From contig CAYPEN010000006.1 of the NCBI GenBank assembly GCA_964409875.1, positions 1 to 52,280 on the forward strand: a stretch of 52,280 nt of DNA. The letters are read 5' to 3'. This DNA comes from an uncultured Gammaproteobacteria bacterium. Lineage in GTDB: Bacteria > Patescibacteriota > Microgenomatia > Levybacterales > GWA1-39-11. Both the position numbers and the translations under genes were made by a program. Shown piece by piece: positions 41,804 to 50,799 of this stretch (its first letter is position 1; each line of letters opens with the position of its first letter). The notes under the pieces were generated by a model. The model searched no databases, was not told the origin of the DNA, and worked only from the letters and a program-made list of their open reading frames with translations.

Positions 41804-44755
41804 GTGGATGTAACTCTGCACGCTCTGGGAATGCCGTTCAACGGCAAGACCATCTTTGAGAAGTCCCTCGGTGGGTCCGAGACGGCTGCGTATTACCTCG
41901 CGCGGGAACTCGCGCGACGCGGGCACAACGTGAAGGTGTTCACGACGCACCCCGAGGAAGGCACCTGGGATGGCGTCGAGTACATCAACTGCGGGGAACC
42001 CACTGAGGCGTGTCCGTTCGGGTCGAAGTTCCATTTCTTCGCCGCGAACACGCCTCAGGACGTCCTCATCGTGCAGCGCCAGCCCAAGGCGTTCCACTAC
42101 CAGTGGGCGAGCAAGGTCAACATCCTCCAGTGCCACGACCTCGGTCTATATCGGCAGTCGAACGACCTCGGCGAGTCGTTGTGGAATTTATCCGCGATCA
42201 CGGGCGTGAGCTCCTGGCACTGCGACCAGATGGCGAAGGTCTATCCCATCCCGCGCGACCGGTTCACCGTCATCCCCAATGGCGTGGACCTCGACATGTA
42301 CGATTCAATCCCGGCCACGGAGAAGTTCACCAATGACGGCACGCTGCGACTCCTCTACCAATCGCGCCCAGAGCGCGGACTTGAGCACTTGGTGCGTCCT
42401 GGTGGAATCATGGACCGGCTACGAGAGCAACCCATCCACCTGCACGTCTGCGCCTACGACTGCACCGTCCCGGAGATGGTGGGTTACTACGCGCAACTCG
42501 AAGCATGGGCGGAGCTGCTTCCGAATGTCTCCATGCTTGGGGCCTTGAGCAAGCCCGACCTCGCCGCCGTGCAAAAGGCCATGGACCTGCTCGTGTACCC
42601 GACGGAGTTCGAGGAGGTGTCCTGCATCACGGCGATGGAAGCGATGGCCGCGCACCTACCGATGATAACGTCCGAAGTGGCCGCGCTACCCGAGACGTGC
42701 GCGGACTCTGGCACGATCCTGATCCCGTTGAAGGACGGCAAGGCGGACGAGGACGCGTTCGTCGAGGAGCTGATCAAGCAGGCGGGGGATTACTCTCGCG
42801 CATTGCAGCGTGGAGCGCAGATGGATGCCGCGCGCGGCGTGTCTTGGGAAAAGGCCGGGTTCGACCTGGAGCTGCTTTGCAGCAGTCTCCTGAATAAGCG
42901 CAGCGGCTCTGCAATCGCAATGGCCAAGTCCGCAATTGAGTATTCGGACATTGACGTGGCGCGAGAAGCTTGCGATATGTTTTCAAAAGGCTCGGCTAAG
43001 AATTTGATGATATCGCAAAGGCTCGACGAAGAGCTGCACACCATGTACGCCTTCACCGAGTCGCAGGAAGCGTACAAGGCGCACTACGCCAAGCATCAAG
43101 GCGCGTACTACGATGGCCCCGGCGAGTCCGCGATCGGCGAGGACGTCACGAACACGCCGCGCTTTCGGGGCACCGTACTCTCCGCCTCACCCAAGATCAA
43201 GGCGTCGGGTGGCAAAGGCTTGCAGGTCCTGGACTACGGCTGCGCGCATGGTCACTACCTGGTGCCACTCGCAAAGGCGCTCCCGGACTCGAACCTGACG
43301 GGCGTGGACATCTCTGCGCGCGCTATCGGGGCCGCGACCCGCTGGGTGCAACAGGAGGGCCTCGGCAACGTCACGCTCGTGAACGCGGGACAGGAGTGGC
43401 TCGACGAGGACAAAAACCAAGGCAAGTTCGACCTCGTGCTCGCGTGCGAGGTCGTCGAACACGTCATCAACTACGAGGACCTGCTGAACCAGTTCCGCTC
43501 CGTGCTCAAGCCCGACGGCCTGCTCGTCATCACGACGCCTTACGGACGGTGGGAGTGGATCGGTCGGGAAGCCTGCAAGATGGGCCGCGAGCACCTGCGA
43601 CAGTTCGAGCGCGAGGACTTGGTGGAGCTGTTCAAGAACCACAAGGCCGACATCATCTGCGCACCTTCAGGCCAGGACCAAGGCGGCTTCGCTATTGGTT
43701 CTTGGATCACCGCCATTACCTTCAACGGCGATGAGCCACTCGGCAAGATCGACCTGCCGCGCAAGATGTCCCAGTACGCGACGCGCCAAACGGTGAGCGC
43801 GTGTTACATCGTGAAGAACGGCGAGAACATTTTGCGCAGGTCCCTAGACTCGATCGCCGACTACGTGGACGAGGTGCGGATCGGGGTCGATAAGACGACC
43901 AAGGACAACACCTGGCGCGTGATCGCGGAGTTCTGCGCCGCCAACCCGTGGCTCTCAGTGCATAGCCAGGAGATTGATTCCCCCACCGAGATCGGGTTCG
44001 ACGCCGCGCGCAACGCGGTGCACGACGGCGCGGAAGGGGACTGGATCTTCTGGCTGGACGCGGACGAGGAAGTGATCGGTGCACCACAGCTGCACAAGTA
44101 CCTGAAGCCCTCGCTCTGCGACGGGGTGCACTTCCCGCAGGTGCACTACTCGACGCAACCCGCCGCCGTGATCGCGACCGACCGCCCGTGCCGCCTGTAC
44201 CGCAACGGCATCGGTGCGCGCATCTACGGCCTGGTGCACGAGCACGTGGAGGTTGAGATCGGCAAGGCGGTTCCGAACGCTATCATGCGCGACGACATCC
44301 AGTTCTGCCACTCAGGCTACGTCACCGAGGAGGTGCGGCGCAAGCGGTTTCAGCGCAACATGCCGCTCTTGATCAAGGACCTGGAGAAGTACCCTGACCG
44401 CACGCTCAACAAGTTTCTTTACATGCGCGACGCTGCGCAAGGCATCGCGTTCAACCCGCGTGGCGGGTCGGTCGAGGTGCAGGACGCGCAGCGCGTGGTG
44501 GACATGTTCTCAGAGATGCTGGACCATCCAGGCCCCGTGTCGCGTATTCTGATCGACTCCCTGAATTACTACAGCCTTTGCGTCGAAGTCCTGGGAACGG
44601 GCTTCGAGGCCGAGATGCAGTTCAAAACCAAACGCCTACCGCTCGCGGGCGGGTCCTCTATCAAGGGCCGGTTCTACAATCGCGAGCATTTCCTGAAACT
44701 CAGCAACCGGCTTTTCAAGGAGGCCACTGACAAGTATGAAGACAAGTATTTTTGA
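41804..44755 (+). CDS. Tri-domain protein: GT-B (GT4-like) glycosyltransferase + class I SAM methyltransferase + GT-A (GT2-like) glycosyltransferase
   Basis: GTG after AGGAGG. GT4: GGSET...RGH-x-V, IPNGVD, S-x-P-x-RGL, E-x-SCITAMEAMA. MTase: VLDYGCAHG, GVDIS, FDLV...EV-x-EH, LKPDG-x-L-x-ITTP. GT2: YIVKNGE, WLDADE, G-x-VHE. Confidence 0.9.
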   Translation: MDVTLHALGMPFNGKTIFEKSLGGSETAAYYLARELARRGHNVKVFTTHPEEGTWDGVEYINCGEPTEACPFGSKFHFFAANTPQDVLIVQRQPKAFHYQWASKVNILQCHDLGLYRQSNDLGESLWNLSAITGVSSWHCDQMAKVYPIPRDRFTVIPNGVDLDMYDSIPATEKFTNDGTLRLLYQSRPERGLEHLVRPGGIMDRLREQPIHLHVCAYDCTVPEMVGYYAQLEAWAELLPNVSMLGALSKPDLAAVQKAMDLLVYPTEFEEVSCITAMEAMAAHLPMITSEVAALPETCADSGTILIPLKDGKADEDAFVEELIKQAGDYSRALQRGAQMDAARGVSWEKAGFDLELLCSSLLNKRSGSAIAMAKSAIEYSDIDVAREACDMFSKGSAKNLMISQRLDEELHTMYAFTESQEAYKAHYAKHQGAYYDGPGESAIGEDVTNTPRFRGTVLSASPKIKASGGKGLQVLDYGCAHGHYLVPLAKALPDSNLTGVDISARAIGAATRWVQQEGLGNVTLVNAGQEWLDEDKNQGKFDLVLACEVVEHVINYEDLLNQFRSVLKPDGLLVITTPYGRWEWIGREACKMGREHLRQFEREDLVELFKNHKADIICAPSGQDQGGFAIGSWITAITFNGDEPLGKIDLPRKMSQYATRQTVSACYIVKNGENILRRSLDSIADYVDEVRIGVDKTTKDNTWRVIAEFCAANPWLSVHSQEIDSPTEIGFDAARNAVHDGAEGDWIFWLDADEEVIGAPQLHKYLKPSLCDGVHFPQVHYSTQPAAVIATDRPCRLYRNGIGARIYGLVHEHVEVEIGKAVPNAIMRDDIQFCHSGYVTEEVRRKRFQRNMPLLIKDLEKYPDRTLNKFLYMRDAAQGIAFNPRGGSVEVQDAQRVVDMFSEMLDHPGPVSRILIDSLNYYSLCVEVLGTGFEAEMQFKTKRLPLAGGSSIKGRFYNREHFLKLSNRLFKEATDKYEDKYF

Positions 44756-45302
44756 ACGTCTGAAGATGGCAGGCCAAGTCGTCGCGGGCACCCTGCGCCC
44801 GGACGAGATGGTGGCCATCAAAGGCTACTGGGACGTCGAGCACCATGTGGCTCAGCCAGAAGGCGGATGGAAGGTGAAGCGGTGGACGCGCGAGAACGTG
44901 GTGACCGCTGCGGGCATGAACCGCATCGCCAACCGCGCGGTGAACATGACGGTGAACTCGTGGTTCAACTACCTGGTCATCGGCACGCAGACATCCGCGC
45001 CTGCCGACACGGACACGCAGGCGAACGTCGGCGAGGTGACGAACGGCCGCAAGATTGCCGCCGTCAACATCCAGTCTCGCGAATGGATCAGCCTGACGAG
45101 CACCTGGGCGGGGAACGCCGACGGCCTGACGGGCATCGCGCTCGACTCTGCCGCGATCTCCGACTATGTGAACAGTTCGGCGAGCACAGGCCTTATTGCC
45201 AACCGCGTGAACGGCATGGCGGTGACGCTGGCGGCGTCGGACTTCCTGAATCTCACGGTGCGCATCCGCGTGGGTTCCCACAACCAAGCTCACACGACCT
45301 GA
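44736..45302 (+). CDS. Putative virion structural protein (fibre/collar anchor-like)
   Basis: ENVVT-x-AG-x-N-x-IA...Y-x-x-IGT-x-T-x-AP-x-x-TDT...EV...R, a pattern common in phage virion proteins. Confidence 0.6.
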   Translation: MKTSIFERLKMAGQVVAGTLRPDEMVAIKGYWDVEHHVAQPEGGWKVKRWTRENVVTAAGMNRIANRAVNMTVNSWFNYLVIGTQTSAPADTDTQANVGEVTNGRKIAAVNIQSREWISLTSTWAGNADGLTGIALDSAAISDYVNSSASTGLIANRVNGMAVTLAASDFLNLTVRIRVGSHNQAHTT

Positions 45303-45313
45303 AGGAGGACAAA

Positions 45314-45502
45314 ATGGACCCGAGAGCACAAGCGAGCGAACACGCGGCGAAGTCAAAGGCCGCGTGGGACGCGGGCGATCACCACACGGCGTGGCTGGAG
45401 ATGAAGGCGGCGCAGGAACACATTGCCGACGGCAAGGTGGACCAGCAAGGCAACGGCACCCTGGTCGTAAATCGTCCGGGAGCCGCCCCGGAGGCGCTGT
45501 AA
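45314..45502 (+). CDS. Hypothetical protein (62 aa)
   Basis: AAGGAGG RBS plus ATG at 45314. Confidence 0.65.
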   Translation: MDPRAQASEHAAKSKAAWDAGDHHTAWLEMKAAQEHIADGKVDQQGNGTLVVNRPGAAPEAL

Positions 45503-46197
45503 TGTTCCGCATCACGAACATCCATCAGATCGAGATGACCTCGCACTGCAACTTGCGGTGCCGGTACTGCACGTCTCCCAATCTGAAGCGGCCCAAAGTC
45601 CACATGTCGGCGGAGCACTACGCTCTGGCGCTTAAGTGGGCGAGAATGTTCGTGCACGGCTACGGCCAGAGGTCATTGAACCTGGCCGGGATCGGCGAGT
45701 CCACCATGCACCCTGATTTCGTCCGCAACGTGCACCTCGCTCGCGAGGCAGTCGGACCTGGGTGCGAATTGGTGCTCGCGACCAATGGCGTAGCCGTAAC
45801 CGAGGAGATGATGCGGGGGATAGCCCCCGCTCGTCCCAAGGTGTTTGTTTCGATGCACAGGCCGGAGAAGGCGGGACCGGCCATAGAGCTGGCGAAGAAG
45901 CATGGGTTGTTCGCTGGAGCTTCTGCTGATCCGTCGCTCGCCGCCACCAACTGGGCAGGGCAGGTAAAGTGGCACGTGTCCGTGCCGCAGCGTCGTCCGT
46001 GCATGTGGGTGAAGGGCGGGATGGTCATGGTCATGGCGGATGGCCGTGTCACGAGGTGCTCTTATGATGCGTCGGGGGTGGGGGTCATTTGCAACGTCGA
46101 GGACGATCTACGCAATTTCACAACGACGCCTTATTCGCTTTGTGCTACGTGCGATCAGGACGTAGGGGTCGAGCTGCCAAAGGAGGCCGTGGCCTGA
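45502..46197 (+). CDS. Radical SAM protein with SPASM/twitch-like C-terminal Cys cluster
   Basis: IEMTSHCNLRCRYC (CxxxCxxC), GIGES-x-x-HP, TNG; C-term PC-x-W...ADG-x-V-x-x-C-x-x-D...C-x-x-C. Confidence 0.9.
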   Translation: MFRITNIHQIEMTSHCNLRCRYCTSPNLKRPKVHMSAEHYALALKWARMFVHGYGQRSLNLAGIGESTMHPDFVRNVHLAREAVGPGCELVLATNGVAVTEEMMRGIAPARPKVFVSMHRPEKAGPAIELAKKHGLFAGASADPSLAATNWAGQVKWHVSVPQRRPCMWVKGGMVMVMADGRVTRCSYDASGVGVICNVEDDLRNFTTTPYSLCATCDQDVGVELPKEAVA

Positions 46198-46198
46198 C

Positions 46199-47818
46199 GT
46201 GTCGAGAATCTACCGCCGTTTCATCCGCGAGACCGCAGGGCGCATCCAGCTCCCGGCCCCGCAAATCTTCTTCCAGATGCTCAGCGACAACGTGCCGGTC
46301 GCGGACATCGCGACTGCGGCGTTGCAGATATTCCCACGGATCAAGGTCAAGACTTTCGACGAGCTGCTCAGGCTTGTCGACGCAAACACGGTCTCATTAA
46401 ACGTTGCCAACAGCGTCAAGTACCCGGTCCTGTTCCCCCGTATGAACGGGGGAACACAAGGATATACGACGGCATGGGTGGCCGATGGATTCACAAATAT
46501 GGACGCCGTGTTGCTTGGAGGACGTTTTGAAAACGTTCCTAGCACGCGCCCAGCCGTGATCAACGCACTTCAAGCCGGCAACGGGTTCGGCGTGACGTGT
46601 AAAGCATCACAGTACATGATCTCGGACTACTACACGACGAACAACAATTATTCAATGAGCGAGGCGAACGCGCCCGTGTGGAACGCCTATCTCAACACAA
46701 ACAACGTTCATCTGTACCTGAATGGAACTAGCGGGACGAAAGCGCCAAACTTTTTTAGGACCGACTTTACGCAGGTCAACCAGTCGGACTACTCAAGCGT
46801 CCCAACGGTTGGCGGGCGCAAGGTAGAGGATGAGTTCGCAAGGCAGGCGCTCAACAATTTTGTAAGTGGCGGATTGTCAGGTTGCGCCCCAAACCTGTAC
46901 TCATTCTTCCACGACAACATCGCAGCCTACGCGGGCGCGGGAACCAACATACCGGCGAACGCCGACTGGAATCGCGACGGGACGTCCGACGTAACCAAGT
47001 CAGACGCCGTGGCGCTGCAATACCGCACCGGACTGAAGCGGTATGTCGATTACATCCGCGCCAATCAGCCCGGATTAAAGGTGGTTGCGAATCTTGCGGC
47101 GACAACGCTCGATGCGAGTGGTAACAGATGTTACGACGTTGGGCCATCTGCGCTTTCCCCGATCTACGGCATCTGGGACGGGTGCATGTTTGAGACCGTC
47201 TATGGCGATAAGACCTACTCGATGATTCAGTGGGCAGGACTTCAAGCCACAATCAAAGCCGCGCAATACTATCAGGACTTTTGCATCGACCCACAGCTGA
47301 CGCAGTTCGCGATCATCGGCATGCAGTCGAATGGCACCGACACCATTCGCACGGCGCTCGGGCAGGCGTTTCGCTGGTCGTTCACCGCTTGCCTTGTGTT
47401 CACTGACATGGGGTACTGCTGGACCGGCTCTAGCGGCAATCGACCGGACGGTATTTCCCCGAAGCTTGATTTTTTTGGCGAGTTCTCGGCGCACCCGAAC
47501 ACGGGCGTGTGCTCGACCGCCTGGAGCAACGCTGCGCAGTGGCGTAAGTGGATGGGCACTCGCCAAGGCCCGCGCGTCGCGTACAACGCAAGCCCCTGGC
47601 AGAACGGCTGCTACCGCCGCATTTTCAACGGACAGAACGGCAAGCCCGTCATGGCGATCCACAACCCGAATACCACGCCCGCGACGGTGACGCTGGACGC
47701 GAACTACCGGCGCTTGACGGGAGGCTCGGACCCCGCCGTGAACGACGGGCGCGCGCAAAACACGGGGTCCACGGTCAACCTCTTGGGGCAGGACGGCATC
47801 ATCCTGCTGGGGCAGTAG
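46199..47818 (+). CDS. Putative glycoside hydrolase-like protein (GHL15-type TIM barrel)
   Basis: FFHDN, DWNRDG, WDGCMFE; C-terminal G-x-Y-x-R-x-F...HNP...V-x-L...Y-x-x-L-x-G...L-x-x-x-DG-x-IL. Confidence 0.55.
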   Translation: MSRIYRRFIRETAGRIQLPAPQIFFQMLSDNVPVADIATAALQIFPRIKVKTFDELLRLVDANTVSLNVANSVKYPVLFPRMNGGTQGYTTAWVADGFTNMDAVLLGGRFENVPSTRPAVINALQAGNGFGVTCKASQYMISDYYTTNNNYSMSEANAPVWNAYLNTNNVHLYLNGTSGTKAPNFFRTDFTQVNQSDYSSVPTVGGRKVEDEFARQALNNFVSGGLSGCAPNLYSFFHDNIAAYAGAGTNIPANADWNRDGTSDVTKSDAVALQYRTGLKRYVDYIRANQPGLKVVANLAATTLDASGNRCYDVGPSALSPIYGIWDGCMFETVYGDKTYSMIQWAGLQATIKAAQYYQDFCIDPQLTQFAIIGMQSNGTDTIRTALGQAFRWSFTACLVFTDMGYCWTGSSGNRPDGISPKLDFFGEFSAHPNTGVCSTAWSNAAQWRKWMGTRQGPRVAYNASPWQNGCYRRIFNGQNGKPVMAIHNPNTTPATVTLDANYRRLTGGSDPAVNDGRAQNTGSTVNLLGQDGIILLGQ

Positions 47819-47821
47819 CGC

Positions 47822-48976
47822 ATGGCCAACTACTCAGACGACTTCAACAGATCGAACGGTAGCATCGGCTCCGACTACACAGCGATGACCGGGTTATCGA
47901 TCCCGGTCGTGAACACCAACCAGGTGGCCGCTGGGTCTTCCGCGTCGTTCGCCGCGCGTGTGACCGTCGTCTCGTGGGGCGACAACCAGCGATCCAACAT
48001 ACGCATGAAGGCGTGCTCGACGAGTTGCGGCATCATGGCGGGCGTGCGCTTCCAGTCGACCGCCATGAACGGCTACGCCTTGCAGTTCTCAGGGGCCATT
48101 GGCGCGAGCCAAGCTTGGAGGCTCAAGCGCATCACTGCGAACGCAGAAACACTCTTGGCTTCCGGCACCGCCTCGACGGCAGCGAACGACATCATCTCGG
48201 TCAGCGCCGTCGGTACCGTGATCACGGGGTACTTGAACGGCGCGATCCTTGCGCAGGTGGTCGACACAACCTACCCCACGGGCGGTGCGCCCGGGATGTA
48301 CCTGTTCGGCAGCTCGGCCGTGGGCACCCTCGCGGCGGATGACTTCTCTGCGACCGACGAGGGGTTTGCCTCGGACGACTTCAACCGCCCGGACGACACC
48401 TCGCTTGGCGCGAACTACACCGTGCAGTTCGGCCTGAACGACATGAAGATCGTGTCGGCCAAGGCGATCCCGACCAACTACTCGAACGACTGCGGCGCGC
48501 TGTGGGACACCTCGCTCTTCGCGAACGACCAAGCGGGCGAGATCATCGTCGGGACCTTGGGTAGCCCCGGCGTCGTGGGCGCGGGTGTCGGCGTGCTGCT
48601 GCGCGGGAGCTTCGGCCTGGAGACGTTCTATCGCGCCTACGCGAGCCTCGCCTCCAACAGTGTGAAGATTGCGCGACGCCTTGCAGGTACGGGCAGCTCC
48701 TTGGCGACCCTCACGGGCGCCGGTATCGCCTCAGGGGACATCTTCCGGTTCGACGCCACCGGCACCACGCTCACCGTCTATAAGAACGGCACGCAGATAC
48801 TCCAGACCACGGACTCGAACATCGCGGGCGGCCAGGTGGGCGTGACCTATTCCTCGACCGACTCCGCTGGCACGGACTCGATCGCGGCGTTCAACGCCTA
48901 CGGTGCGCAGCCGATCCCGGGTGCGCTGTACCCCGACTGGGCCAGCTCCATTGCGCGCGTGGTGCGCAACCTATGA
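47822..48976 (+). CDS. Tandem beta-sandwich (lectin/ConA-like) virion protein
   Basis: Two homologous ~180-aa halves, each starting SDDFNR-x-x...G-x-x-Y and ending with G-x-x-I-x-x-Y-x-NG...D...G-x-x-G. Confidence 0.6.
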   Translation: MANYSDDFNRSNGSIGSDYTAMTGLSIPVVNTNQVAAGSSASFAARVTVVSWGDNQRSNIRMKACSTSCGIMAGVRFQSTAMNGYALQFSGAIGASQAWRLKRITANAETLLASGTASTAANDIISVSAVGTVITGYLNGAILAQVVDTTYPTGGAPGMYLFGSSAVGTLAADDFSATDEGFASDDFNRPDDTSLGANYTVQFGLNDMKIVSAKAIPTNYSNDCGALWDTSLFANDQAGEIIVGTLGSPGVVGAGVGVLLRGSFGLETFYRAYASLASNSVKIARRLAGTGSSLATLTGAGIASGDIFRFDATGTTLTVYKNGTQILQTTDSNIAGGQVGVTYSSTDSAGTDSIAAFNAYGAQPIPGALYPDWASSIARVVRNL

Positions 48977-50799
48977 GCGGAATTTCTCGAATCATCTCTG
49001 CCGTCTGCAATCAAGGACCGAGAGCACCAAGCATATTGTCCAAGTATATGCTGGATGTTCTTTCCTTGGCAGACTCTAAAACTGCAACTGTTTTTCATAC
49101 CGATGTGGGCGCTCCTGTGCTGCTTGCCACGGATATTGTGGCTGGACCGATAACAGGTGGCGAGAACGGCAACGGCATATACATCAACCTGTATGGCTTT
49201 AACTTCGGTACTACGGGCATGGGCACTACGATCAAAGCCTATGCTCAGTATTCCGGTACTTGGCACGAGGTGGCCGGCTATCTTCAGTTTTCCGACACGG
49301 CCTGCGCCCCCATCTTCGGAATTCGCAAATTATGCATCGAGATTGGAGCCATAACTGGCGCGACAGCAGGCAGCGTGCTCAACTTAAAAGTCAGCGTTGG
49401 TGGCGTAGACTCGAACACTGACCAGACATTCATGGTCGCGCCTGGAGACATCTACTACGTTGACCCATCGTCGGGTAGCGAAGCGACCGGTACGAAGAAC
49501 GACATTACTAAGCCGTACTTGTACCCGCAGGTGTGGAACGGAAGCTCATTCACCGGCATCTGGTCAACGCTCAAAGCCGGGGACTTCATTGTCCTGCGCG
49601 CTGGAAGCTACAGCAGCACCAATGGCTATGATAGCCGGTGGATTCGCTTCCGCACTTCCGTCACCGGAAGCGCGCCCGATGGCACCAGCGGCAAAGGCTA
49701 CGTGTCCATTCGCGCTTACCCAGGAGAGACGCCAACGTGGAATGGCGCAAGTGGATCGTATGGGGCGATCCACGGCTGCGGAACTGCGAACTCCAGCAGC
49801 GGTTATGGTCGCTATACAGTTATCTCTGGGGTGAAGTTCGTTGGACCATCGACAAGCGGCTCTACTGATGCAGGCCCAATCAACTTGCAAACTGGGGCTA
49901 ACTATTGGCGGGTATTCGACAACGATATCACTTGGCCATCGACCGATAGTGGAACCTCGCACCAAAAGGCGGGTGGAATTGCAGGTAACGGGAATCCGTT
50001 AATGATCATGTTCAACTACGTGCATGACATCGCTGGCGGCGATTCGTCGAGCTTGGAGAACCACGGCATATACCTCGACGGTTCGAACAACTGCGCGGCA
50101 AATTTCGATATTTCCTACAACTACATCAAGAACGTTACGACAGGATCGCTAATCCAGTGCCACAACCAATCGGCAGCGGACCTGTTCACCAACGGCCGCA
50201 TATACAACAACTGGTGCGAGAACAGTGGCAAGTACGGAATCAACCTGGACTCGTTCCAGAATATTGACGTGTGGAACAACGTTGTGCAGGGCACGAAGCG
50301 CAACGGGCTGCGGTTCAACCCGAACACCTCGCAGACCAATGTGCAGGGGCGTGCAGCGTTCAACACGTTCTACAACTGCTACAGCGACACGACTGGCGCG
50401 TACCCCGGTGTGATTTCTCAAGAGGCGTCACCCGCAGCGGGCAGCGGCACGAACTACATTAAAATTTCGCAGAACATCGTGTGCCTGGCGTCGAGCCGCA
50501 CGAACACGAACGTCAGCTTCGTTCAGGACAACGGCGGCTTCTGCACGTTCGACCAGAATCTGTATTACGACTACAAGAGCCTGGTCACGTCCAAGTACAG
50601 TGGGGATGCCAACGGCCTTTATGGATCGCCGACCTTCAATACGCCTGGGTCAGACTTCGGTCTGGCGACAGGGAGTGCGGCAATCGCTGCAGCTACCGAT
50701 GCAGTATTGTTTACCGTGAGTACGGACTTCGTGTACAAGGCGCGGCCTTATAGTGGAAGGTCGTACCCGTCAATCGGTGCGTACGAGGTCACATTCTAA
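48973..50799 (+). CDS. IPT/TIG-like domain plus right-handed beta-helix (pectate-lyase-like) depolymerase-like protein
   Basis: GP-x-TGGE...I-x-G-x-NFG; YYV-x-P-x-x-G...GD-x-I-x-LRAG-x-Y; I-x-AYPGE; repeated Asn-ladder strands (NY-x-HD, HGIY, NN-x-x-x-N). Confidence 0.7.
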   Translation: MSGISRIISAVCNQGPRAPSILSKYMLDVLSLADSKTATVFHTDVGAPVLLATDIVAGPITGGENGNGIYINLYGFNFGTTGMGTTIKAYAQYSGTWHEVAGYLQFSDTACAPIFGIRKLCIEIGAITGATAGSVLNLKVSVGGVDSNTDQTFMVAPGDIYYVDPSSGSEATGTKNDITKPYLYPQVWNGSSFTGIWSTLKAGDFIVLRAGSYSSTNGYDSRWIRFRTSVTGSAPDGTSGKGYVSIRAYPGETPTWNGASGSYGAIHGCGTANSSSGYGRYTVISGVKFVGPSTSGSTDAGPINLQTGANYWRVFDNDITWPSTDSGTSHQKAGGIAGNGNPLMIMFNYVHDIAGGDSSSLENHGIYLDGSNNCAANFDISYNYIKNVTTGSLIQCHNQSAADLFTNGRIYNNWCENSGKYGINLDSFQNIDVWNNVVQGTKRNGLRFNPNTSQTNVQGRAAFNTFYNCYSDTTGAYPGVISQEASPAAGSGTNYIKISQNIVCLASSRTNTNVSFVQDNGGFCTFDQNLYYDYKSLVTSKYSGDANGLYGSPTFNTPGSDFGLATGSAAIAAATDAVLFTVSTDFVYKARPYSGRSYPSIGAYEVTF

